Positions 31,234-39,073 of a stretch of DNA of 39,073 nucleotides are shown piece after piece. Each line of letters starts with the position of its first letter. Position 1 is the stretch's first letter. Source of the DNA: Gemmatimonadota bacterium (GTDB lineage: Bacteria > Gemmatimonadota > Gemmatimonadetes > Longimicrobiales > RSA9). The DNA lies in NCBI GenBank assembly GCA_040905425.1, contig JBBDRO010000039.1:3425-42497 (forward strand), in the 5' to 3' direction. Position numbers and translations under genes: made by a program. The notes beneath the pieces were generated by a model. That model was not told the DNA's origin. It was given only the letters and a program-made list of their open reading frames with translations, and did no database searches.

Positions 31234-34125
31234 CTAAAGGGCTGCGGTGGTGTGGCCGGCTAGCGCCTCCCGCCGCTCCGCCGCCGCGGCCAGCGCCTCC
31301 CGCAGGAAGGGCGCGGTGCGGCTCTCCGGGGCCGCCAGGATGTCCGCCCGCTTCCCCATCCCCACCACCCGGCCACCGCGGTCCCCGGCCTCGGGGCCCA
31401 GATCGATGATCCAGTCGGCGGCCAGGATGGCATCCAGGTTGTGCTCGATCACGATCACGGTGTGGCCGGCCTCGACCAGGCGCCGCAGCACCGCCACCAG
31501 CTTGCGCACCTCGGTGCCCGACAGCCCCGTGGTGGGCTCGTCCAGAATGTAGACGCGCCGCCCGCGCTTCCTGCCCGCGTGGATGAGCTCGCGCGCGATC
31601 TTGAGGCGCTGCGCCTCACCGCCCGAGAGCGTGGGCGCCGGCTGGCCCAGGCGCAGGTAGCCGAGCCCCACCTGCTGCAGCTGCCAGAGCATCTGGCCCA
31701 GGCGGTCCTCCTTGATGAAGAAGCGGATGGCCTCGTCCACCGTGAGGTCGAGCACGTCCCGGATGTTCATGCCGCGGTGCCTGACCTCCAGGACCTCGCG
31801 CGTGAAGCGGGCGCCGCCGCACGCCTCGCAGGGGACGTGCACGTCGGCCAGGAAGACCATCTCGATGGCCACCACGCCCTCCCCCTTGCACGCCTCGCAG
31901 CGGCCGCCCTTCACGTTGAAGGAGAAATGGCCCGGCTTGTAGCCGCGCTCCCGGGAGAGCCCCTCGGCCGCGAAGATCTGGCGCACCGGATCGAAGGCCT
32001 TGGCATAGGTCACGGGATTGGAGCGGTGCGTGCGTCCGATGGGGCTCTGGTCCACGAGCACCACGGCGTCCAGACCGCTGGTGCCCTCCAGGGCGTCGCA
32101 GGCGCCCACGCTCTCCCCCAGATGCAGCTTGGCGGTGGTCTCCCCCTGGCCGAGCGTCTTCTCCAGCGTGCGGTAGAGGACGTCATGCACCAGCGTGCTC
32201 TTGCCCGAGCCGCTCGGCCCGGTCACGACCGTGAGCGCCCCGTGCGGGATGCGTACGTCCACGCCGCGCAGGTTGTGCAGGCGCGCCCCCTTCAGTACGA
32301 GCCAGCGCGTGAAGGTCCGGTCGCGGGGCGGAGGTGGAGGCGGCGTGCGGCCGCCCAGATAGCTGCCGGTGGCCGTGTCCGCGTCCCGCAGTGCGGCGGG
32401 CGGTCCTTCGAAGACAATGTTGCCACCTTTCTCACCGCTCCCCGGCCCCAACTCCACCACGTGGTCCGCGCGCAGGATGGCGGCCGGATCGTGCTCCACC
32501 ACCACCACGGTGTTGCCGGCGTCCCGCAGTTTCTCGAGCAGCTTGAGCAGGCGATCCGTGTCCTGCGGATGGAGGCCGATGGTGGGCTCGTCCAGCACGT
32601 AGAGCGTGTCCACCAGCGAAGAGCCCAGCGAGTTGGCCAGGGCAATGCGCTGCGCCTCCCCCCCGGAGAGCGTACGCGTCTGGCGCTCCAGCGTGAGGTA
32701 GCCCAGCCCCACGTCCTCCAGGAAGCCCAGGCGCGCCTCCAGCTCCTCCAGGACCGAAGCCGCGATACCCATCTCCTGGGGGCTCAGCGCGCCCCCCGCG
32801 GGGAGCGCGGCCAGCCAGCCCCGCAGCTGCCGGATCGGCCAGGCGGACGCGCCGGCCACGTCCTCCCCCGCCAACTTCACGTGCAACGCCTCCGGGCGCA
32901 GCTTGCCGCCACCGCACGCGGGGCACGGCACCGCGCTCTGGTACTGCCGCAGGAAGACGCGGATATACTGCTTGTAGCGCTTCCGCTCCTTGGACTCGAG
33001 GAAAGGGATCACCCCCTTGAACGCCTTGCGGTCGCTGCCCCTGGGCCGGGGCGCGCCGTGGAACACGCGCTCGCGGAAGGCGCCCGGGAGCGCTTCCCAG
33101 GGCGCGTCCACGTCCACGCCCTCCTCCTCGGCGAAGGCAAGCAGGCGGCGCCGCTCCTTGCCGTAGCGGGGCTTCTCCCAGGGATCCACGGCGCCCTCCC
33201 GGAGCGAGCGCGCCGGCACCGGCACGATGAGCGCCGGATCGTACTCGAGCACCGCGCCGAAGCCCGTGCACTCGGGGCAGGAGCCATAGGGATTGTTGAA
33301 GGAGAAGAGCCGCGGCGTGGGGTCGGCAAACGCCACGTCCGGATGGTCGGGGCAGCGGAAGCGCTCCGTGAAGGCGTGGCGGGCACCGTCCCGCTCCACG
33401 ATGACCACCTCCCCCTCCCCCTCGGTGAAGGCGGTGTGCACGGAGTCCGCCAGGCGGTCCCGCTCGGCCCGCCCCACGGCCAGGCGGTCCACCACCACCA
33501 GGATCTCCTCCGCGGCCCCCAGGTCGTGGCCCAGCGTGGCGGGATCCTCCGCACCCGGCCCGTCCAGATCCAGCAGCTCCCCGCTGGCCAGGACGCGCAC
33601 GAAGCCCAGCGAGCGCAGGTTCTCCACAACGGTCGTGTGCGCGATGCGGGCGCTGCGCGGCAGGGGAAAGGTCACCATGAAGCGCGTGCCCTCGGGGAGC
33701 GCCAGCACCGCGTCCGTGGCGGCCTGGACGGTGTCCGGCCGCACGTGCCGCCCGCACTCCGGGCAGAGGGTGCGGCCGGCGCGCGCCCACAGCAGGCGGA
33801 GGTAGTCGTGGGTCTCGGTGGCCGTGCCCACCGTGGAGCGGCTGGTGCGCGTGGGATTCTTCTGCTCGATGGCCACGGCCGGGCTGATGCCGTCCACCAG
33901 GTCCACGGCCGGCTTCTCCATGCGCTCCAGGAACTGCTTGGCGTAGGTGGAGAGCGATTCCACGTAGCGGCGCTGGCCCTCGGCGTAGAGCGTGTCGAAG
34001 GCCAGCGAGCTCTTGCCCGAGCCGCTCGGACCCGTGACCACCACGAGGGCACGGCGCGGCAGGTCCACGTCGATGCCCTTGAGATTGTGCTGCCGCGCGT
34101 TGCGAATGACGATCCGGTCCTTCAA
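31234..34125 (-). CDS. uvrA: Excinuclease ABC subunit A
   Basis: ARQHNLK, GPSGSGKSSLAFDTLYAEGQRRYVESLS, Zn fingers, two LSGGEAQR/LDEPT sets; probable TTG start at 34125. Confidence 0.96.
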   Translation of the reverse strand: MKDRIVIRNARQHNLKGIDVDLPRRALVVVTGPSGSGKSSLAFDTLYAEGQRRYVESLSTYAKQFLERMEKPAVDLVDGISPAVAIEQKNPTRTSRSTVGTATETHDYLRLLWARAGRTLCPECGRHVRPDTVQAATDAVLALPEGTRFMVTFPLPRSARIAHTTVVENLRSLGFVRVLASGELLDLDGPGAEDPATLGHDLGAAEEILVVVDRLAVGRAERDRLADSVHTAFTEGEGEVVIVERDGARHAFTERFRCPDHPDVAFADPTPRLFSFNNPYGSCPECTGFGAVLEYDPALIVPVPARSLREGAVDPWEKPRYGKERRRLLAFAEEEGVDVDAPWEALPGAFRERVFHGAPRPRGSDRKAFKGVIPFLESKERKRYKQYIRVFLRQYQSAVPCPACGGGKLRPEALHVKLAGEDVAGASAWPIRQLRGWLAALPAGGALSPQEMGIAASVLEELEARLGFLEDVGLGYLTLERQTRTLSGGEAQRIALANSLGSSLVDTLYVLDEPTIGLHPQDTDRLLKLLEKLRDAGNTVVVVEHDPAAILRADHVVELGPGSGEKGGNIVFEGPPAALRDADTATGSYLGGRTPPPPPPRDRTFTRWLVLKGARLHNLRGVDVRIPHGALTVVTGPSGSGKSTLVHDVLYRTLEKTLGQGETTAKLHLGESVGACDALEGTSGLDAVVLVDQSPIGRTHRSNPVTYAKAFDPVRQIFAAEGLSRERGYKPGHFSFNVKGGRCEACKGEGVVAIEMVFLADVHVPCEACGGARFTREVLEVRHRGMNIRDVLDLTVDEAIRFFIKEDRLGQMLWQLQQVGLGYLRLGQPAPTLSGGEAQRLKIARELIHAGRKRGRRVYILDEPTTGLSGTEVRKLVAVLRRLVEAGHTVIVIEHNLDAILAADWIIDLGPEAGDRGGRVVGMGKRADILAAPESRTAPFLREALAAAAERREALAGHTTAAL

Positions 34126-34165
34126 GCTCCCGCCCTGTCCTGCGTGCCGTTCGTGGTGGTGTGTC

Positions 34166-34214
34166 TCGTACCGTGAATGAGGGGTTTCGTACCACCCCGC
34201 CGGCCACTCGTACC
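34166..34214. repeat. Three TCGTACC direct repeats at exact 21-bp period
   Basis: Copies at 34166, 34187, 34208; copies 2 and 3 extend as TCGTACCACCCC. Confidence 0.9.
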
Positions 34215-34451
34215 ACCCCCCCGCCGGGGGTGGAACCAATTACCCCGCGCGCACGTCTAAGATCATGCAGGCGGGAGGTGGAAGCCAGCCAGCGGACCGG
34301 CGGCGGAGACCTGCCGCCCGCAGCCGGGGACGGCGTCGGGCAGGACGCCTCCCGGAACGGGCGACCCGGCGTCCTGACGGCGTACCGGACAATGTCGTAC
34401 CGCAGTATCCGCAGTCGACCAACCATAACGCAGCCTACCTTTGCGTGATAA

Positions 34452-34485
34452 GCGGCCGGAGGGTGACGGACTACCCTCCGGCCGC
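34452..34485 (-). terminator. Hairpin/probable terminator after the class V aminotransferase gene
   Basis: Perfect 13-bp stem GCGGCCGGAGGGT/ACCCTCCGGCCGC, 8-nt loop, 2 nt after the stop; short TTAT tail. Confidence 0.7.
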
Positions 34486-34487
34486 AT

Positions 34488-35696
34488 TCACGCCGGCCCG
34501 CCCCGCTCCTCCGCCACGATGGCCTCGATGGCGCCCAGCACGGTGTCCACCTCCCGCTCCGTGTTGAAATAGTGCGGTGAGATGCGCAGCGCCGAGGCCG
34601 CCCCCTTGCGGGCCATGTCGATCACGGCGGACACCGGGTCGATAGCGCTGGTGGCAATGGCCTCCCGGCGCAGTATGTCCACCACCCGACCGGCCTCGAG
34701 CCCTTCCAGGGCGCAGGTCACGATGGCGCAGAGTTCGGCGCCGCGGTCCAGCACGCGGACACCTTCGATGCCGGCCAGCCCCTCCCGCAGCCGCTCGGCG
34801 AGCGCACGGGCATGCGCGCCACCGGCGCTCACGCCCACGCGGCGCGCGTAGGCGGCCGCCGCCCCCGTGCCCAGCACCAGCGCGTAGGCAAACTCCCAGT
34901 TCTCGAAGCGGCGCGCGTCGGGGCGCAGTTCGAAGCGGTCCGCGGCCACCCAGTCGGCGCCGCGCATGTCCACCAGCAGGGGGTGGCGCCCGGCCTCGAG
35001 CATGCCGTCCGCCACGTACAGGAAGCCGGCGCCGCGCGGCCCGCGCAGGAACTTGCGCGCGGTGGCCGTCAGGAAGTCACACCCCAGCTCCGCCACGTTG
35101 ATGTCGATCTGCCCTACCGCCTGACAGGCGTCCAGCAGATAGGGCACCGCCGCCTCCCGGCAGATGCGCCCCACCGCGGCCGCCGGCTGCACCAGCCCGG
35201 CGTTGGTGGGGATCCAGGTGAGCGCCACCAGCCGCGGGCGGCGGGCCGCCACCAGCTCCCGAACCGAGTCCAGGTCCACGCCGCCGGCCGCCGCGGTGGC
35301 GGCCCGAGCCACCTCCACACCGGCACGGCGCCCCAGCGAGAGGTACATGAGCTGGTTGGAAGCGTAGTCGTCATCCGAGGTGAGGATGACGTCCCCGGGC
35401 GCGAAGTCGAAGGCCGCCAGCGCCTGGGCAAACGCCACGGTGGCGTTCTCCACCATGGCCACGTTGCGCGCCCGGGTCCCGAGCAGTGCGGCCACCTCCT
35501 CGTACGCCTGGTCGATGCGCTCCCGCTCGGCGTCCGCGGCTTCGTAGCCGCCCACCTCCTCCTCCCTGCGCAGGTGGTCGTGGACCGCGGCGGCCACGGG
35601 CGCGGGCATGAGGGAGGCGCTGGCGTTGTTCAGGTGGATGCGGCCGCGCGTCACCGCAACGGTATCGGCGCGCCAGGGCGCGGGATCGAAGGCCAT
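34488..35696 (-). CDS. Class V PLP-dependent aminotransferase / cysteine desulfurase-like protein
   Basis: IHLNNAS, ENAT, LDACQAVG, TARKFLRGPRGAG (PLP Lys), RISPHYFNT; ATG 35696. Confidence 0.9.
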   Translation of the reverse strand: MAFDPAPWRADTVAVTRGRIHLNNASASLMPAPVAAAVHDHLRREEEVGGYEAADAERERIDQAYEEVAALLGTRARNVAMVENATVAFAQALAAFDFAPGDVILTSDDDYASNQLMYLSLGRRAGVEVARAATAAAGGVDLDSVRELVAARRPRLVALTWIPTNAGLVQPAAAVGRICREAAVPYLLDACQAVGQIDINVAELGCDFLTATARKFLRGPRGAGFLYVADGMLEAGRHPLLVDMRGADWVAADRFELRPDARRFENWEFAYALVLGTGAAAAYARRVGVSAGGAHARALAERLREGLAGIEGVRVLDRGAELCAIVTCALEGLEAGRVVDILRREAIATSAIDPVSAVIDMARKGAASALRISPHYFNTEREVDTVLGAIEAIVAEERGGPA

Positions 35697-35811
35697 GGGG
35701 CTCGGGGCTCGTGGGTCCGCGACTGGCGCGGAGGGGGCCGGAGCGGCAGCTTGGCGCCCGGCCACCGCGGGCGGGCCGCGGCATGCCAGAGCTACCAGCA
35801 GGATCGGCCGC

Positions 35812-36825
35812 ATGCAAGACGCAGCCGGCCCCGGCGCGCTCTCCACCTGGCGTCCGGAGCCGTTCCACCCCGCACCCTGGGCGCGCGGTGCCCACATGCA
35901 GACCGTGCTGGGGCGCTACCTGCGGCGCCCGCCGGCGCCGGCCTTCCTCCGGGAACGGGTGGAGACCCCGGACGGGGATTTCGTGGACCTGGACTTCCCC
36001 GCCCCGCCCGCCCCGGGCGCACCGCTGGTGCTCCTCGTGCACGGCCTGGAGGGCTCGGCCCGGCGCGGCTACGCCATCCACGTCTACCGCGCCCTGGCCG
36101 CCCGCGGCGTGGGAGCGGTGGGGCTGAACTTCCGCTTCTGCTCGGGGGAGCCGAACCGTACGGCGCGCATGTACCACTCGGGCGAAACCGAGGACATCCG
36201 CCACGTGCTCCAACTGCTGGCCGCCCGCTTCCACAGCGCGCCGCTCGGCGCCGTGGGCTTCTCGCTGGGCGGCAACGCGCTGCTCAAGTACCTGGGTGAG
36301 GAGGGCGCGGCCGCGCCCGTGCGGGTGGCGGCCGCGGTGTCCGTGCCCTACGACCTGGCCGCGGGCGCGGACGCCCTGAACGCCTCATGGGCGGGCAGGC
36401 GCTACGCGGCGCATTTCGTCCGCTCGCTGGTGCGGAAGGCGGAGGCCAAGGCGGCGCTCATCCAGGACCGCTGCGACCTGGCGCGCGTGCGCGCCGCCCG
36501 CTCCTTCCGGGACTTCGACGAGCACGCCACCGCCCCCATCCACGGCTTCGCGGGCGCGGCCGACTACTACGCGCGCTCGAGCGCCGCTGGCTTCCTGCCC
36601 GCCATTCGCGTCCCCACCCTGCTGCTCCACGCCCGCGACGACCCCTTCCTGCCCTGGGGCGCCTTTCCCGCGGCCGCCGTGGCGGCCAATCCTGCGCTCC
36701 GGGCCGTGGTCACCGCGCGCGGCGGCCACGTAGGCTTCATGGCCGGCCCGCCGTGGGCGCCGCGCTTCTGGGCCGAGCGCCAGGTGGCCAGCTGGCTGGC
36801 CGCCGGGCTCACCGGCAGCGCTTGA
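35812..36825 (+). CDS. YheT-like alpha/beta hydrolase
   Basis: HMQT, HGLEGS, YHSGET.D, GFSLGG nucleophile elbow, DDPF, GGHVGF. Confidence 0.92.
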   Translation: MQDAAGPGALSTWRPEPFHPAPWARGAHMQTVLGRYLRRPPAPAFLRERVETPDGDFVDLDFPAPPAPGAPLVLLVHGLEGSARRGYAIHVYRALAARGVGAVGLNFRFCSGEPNRTARMYHSGETEDIRHVLQLLAARFHSAPLGAVGFSLGGNALLKYLGEEGAAAPVRVAAAVSVPYDLAAGADALNASWAGRRYAAHFVRSLVRKAEAKAALIQDRCDLARVRAARSFRDFDEHATAPIHGFAGAADYYARSSAAGFLPAIRVPTLLLHARDDPFLPWGAFPAAAVAANPALRAVVTARGGHVGFMAGPPWAPRFWAERQVASWLAAGLTGSA

Positions 36826-38533
36826 GCAGCGCCTCCTGGATCTCGACGTAGCGCTGCGCGGCGGCCAGCATCTCGGGGCGGTTGCGGGACTCGTAGGCCG
36901 TGGACCCGGCCATGAGCCGGTGCGCGCGCTGGAACTGGCCGAGCGTGGCGCGCGCCGACGCGCACGTGCGCGGCTCCTGGGCCGCCTCCGCCATGCGGTA
37001 GACGGAAAAGCCCTCGAAGAAGTCCGCCATGTGCCGGGTGCGCGCCTCGCGCGCGAAGGCGCGGGCCGCCTCGTACCAGCGCAGCGCGGCCTGGTGCTGC
37101 CCCTTGTCCGCGTATAGCGAGTAGCCCGCGTTGGCAATCATGAGGGCGGCGAACGGGTCGGCCGGGCTGCCGGCCTCCACCGCCCGCGTCACGGTGCGCA
37201 CCGCCTCCTCCAGCTCCCCCGCGTTGATCACGAACGTGGCCAGGCGCGCCCACACCGAAGGGTAGTCCGGGTCCAGCTCCGCCACCCGCGCCACCGCGCG
37301 GCGCGCCTCCGCCGCACGGCCCGTATCACCGAGCACCGTGGCGTAGACCCACCACAGCCCGGCGTCCTCCCCGTGCGTGGCCAGCGCCTCCTCCGCGAAG
37401 CCGATGGCCTCCTCGGCCCGGCCCAGCTCACGATACATGAGCACCATGTTGCGCAGGAGCTCCACGCGGGTGTCCTGACCCCGCGCCTGGTAGACGCGCG
37501 TGTAGAGTTCGAGCGCCCGGGCGTACAGAGCCCCGGCGCCCATGCCCACCGGCGGCTCCACCCGGCCGTCCTTCACGTCATTGGCGGCGTTCTTGGCGTA
37601 GTGGCCCGCGAACTCGGCCAGGGTGAGGACGGCGGAGTCCGCGGCGAACTCCTGGAGCCCCGCCTCCGCCAGCTCCAGCGCGCCCAGATTGTCTCCGGAG
37701 GTGGCCAGCTCGTGGGCTATGTTCAGGCGCACCGCCGCGTCGCCCGGCTTCAGCTCCAGGTAGCGTTCGAAATAGCCGCGCGCCTCGGCGCGCCGCTCCA
37801 GTTGCGTAGCCACGTAGCCGGCGTTGTAGAGGTTGGCCTCACTCAGCGGATGGGCCTCGACTACGCGCGCGAAGAGCGCCAGCGCCTCCTCCAAGCGGCC
37901 CAGTTCGCGCAGCACGTTGGCTTTCAGCTCCAGGGCGGGAACGTAGTCCGGATTGAGCGCCAGGGCCGCGTCACAGTTGGTGAGCGCCCGGTCCCACTCC
38001 ATGCTGCCCACGTAGGTGTTGCAGTTGGAGAGCAGTTCGAGCTGGCGGGCGTACTGCTGGAACGCGTCCACCACGTGCGCCGCCGCCTCTTCCCGATTAC
38101 CGGCCGTGAACGGCGGCACGTCGAAGCGGGCCACCCCGCCGGGCGCCGCGAAGACCACGTCGTAGAAGGCGTAGCCGCCGCCCGGCTCCGCGCGATATTG
38201 GCCGCAGAAGGCCAGCTCCAGCCCCTCACGGGACGCCAGTTGTAGCGCCAGCGTGCAGTTGAAGTCAGCGGGCTTCACGCCGTAGCGCGCGAGGGCCTCC
38301 CGCACCTCGCGCTCCGAAAAGGCGCGATGCTTGTCGGATTCGATGCGTTTGCGCAGCTCCTCGGCCACCTGCCGGCCGAAGCGGTCGGGCGTGCCCGCGG
38401 CCGGCACCAGGTCCGGAATGACGATGACCACGCGCAGATCCTGCGCGGCGATCGGGGTGGCCAGGGGCAGGCCGGCCAGGAGGCCAGCCAGAAGGAGAAG
38501 CAGTCCAGCGGGAGCGCTACGCATCCACGGCAT
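36809..38533 (-). CDS. Exported tetratricopeptide-repeat protein
   Basis: GGAGG before ATG 38533, signal peptide (IAA-QD), repeated TPR-like helices (LGRLEEALALF, AELDPDY). Confidence 0.85.
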   Translation of the reverse strand: MPWMRSAPAGLLLLLAGLLAGLPLATPIAAQDLRVVIVIPDLVPAAGTPDRFGRQVAEELRKRIESDKHRAFSEREVREALARYGVKPADFNCTLALQLASREGLELAFCGQYRAEPGGGYAFYDVVFAAPGGVARFDVPPFTAGNREEAAAHVVDAFQQYARQLELLSNCNTYVGSMEWDRALTNCDAALALNPDYVPALELKANVLRELGRLEEALALFARVVEAHPLSEANLYNAGYVATQLERRAEARGYFERYLELKPGDAAVRLNIAHELATSGDNLGALELAEAGLQEFAADSAVLTLAEFAGHYAKNAANDVKDGRVEPPVGMGAGALYARALELYTRVYQARGQDTRVELLRNMVLMYRELGRAEEAIGFAEEALATHGEDAGLWWVYATVLGDTGRAAEARRAVARVAELDPDYPSVWARLATFVINAGELEEAVRTVTRAVEAGSPADPFAALMIANAGYSLYADKGQHQAALRWYEAARAFAREARTRHMADFFEGFSVYRMAEAAQEPRTCASARATLGQFQRAHRLMAGSTAYESRNRPEMLAAAQRYVEIQEALLKRCR

Positions 38534-38735
38534 GATCTTGCCTCCACTCCGGAGTGGGGTCGGGCCGCGCGAGCGGCCATGTAGGATGTACTCCGCGAGT
38601 GGTGGAAATGTTGCCGGCAGGCGCGCCGCGCATTCCCCACACAAAGATCAGGAATCTCCCGATCGTGCCGGCGCGCGGTCTTTTCTATCTTTTATTGGGT
38701 ACTAAAATACGAATCCGATCCCGTCGAGGGACAGC

Positions 38736-39035
38736 ATGAAGATACCGGACGCCGTAACGATCACGCGCGCCACCCTGGTGGCGGCATTCCTTGCCTGGAC
38801 GGCCTACTGGACGGCCGAATCGGTCCCCATGATGGCCGGCACGGCGCTGGGCAGCGGCGCATGGCGCCCCGCCCTGGAGGCCCACGAGGCGCTCGAGGCC
38901 TTCTTCACCCTGGCCCACTGCGGGGTACGCTGGCTGCCGGTAGCGCTCCTGCTGGCGGCGGGCTACGTCTGGCTGGGCCGGCGCGGCACCGCCCGGCGGC
39001 GGCGCGCCGAGGCCGGCGCTGTTGTCTACGGATGA
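38736..39035 (+). CDS. Small hypothetical membrane protein, possibly truncated by IS insertion
   Basis: GAGGGA upstream of ATG; two hydrophobic segments; stop TGA coincides with start of the terminal repeat. Confidence 0.6.
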   Translation: MKIPDAVTITRATLVAAFLAWTAYWTAESVPMMAGTALGSGAWRPALEAHEALEAFFTLAHCGVRWLPVALLLAAGYVWLGRRGTARRRRAEAGAVVYG

Positions 39036-39073
39036 TAATGTCCCCTCCAGCTACGGATAGAAATGTCCCCTCC
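39033..39073. mobile_element. Probable insertion-sequence end (IS1202/ISNCY-like terminal repeat), cut by window edge
   Basis: TG start followed by two exact AATGTCCCCTCC copies (39037-39048, 39062-39073); no transposase visible. Confidence 0.55.

Noticed and set aside
36809..36825. 17-bp convergent overlap of hydrolase and TPR genes
   Set aside because: Short 3' overlaps are common in GC-rich genomes

Overview
Very GC-rich, gene-dense bacterial chromosomal segment; gene content and order (DUF4837-like lipoprotein-dnaE-accA-ricT-metG, DsbA/VKOR, TPR and lipoproteins) suggest Gemmatimonadota or a similar diderm (inference). About 35 real CDS, mostly housekeeping (typA, otsB, dnaE, accA, metG, fadJ-like, mtgA, gyrA, uvrA), many coupled by overlapping stop/start codons. 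No rRNA, tRNA, CRISPR array or prophage seen; the window ends in what looks like the terminal repeat of an insertion sequence. Most interesting: (1) a GT2 glycosyltransferase upstream of gyrA that resembles, along its whole length, the eukaryotic queuosine-tRNA galactosyltransferase QTGAL/B3GNTL1; (2) an orphan sigma70 promoter with two operator-like palindromes reading into an extensively base-paired ~240-nt non-coding stretch next to the uvrA 3' end; (3) a 26-nt boxA-like motif shared by the typA and gyrA leaders; (4) phased TCGTACC repeats upstream of uvrA; (5) a 78-aa Asp/Glu/Trp protein with its own promoter; (6) a probable CTG-initiated VKOR carrying a 12-bp in-frame VNTR. Family assignments come from motifs recognised by eye; no database search was run.
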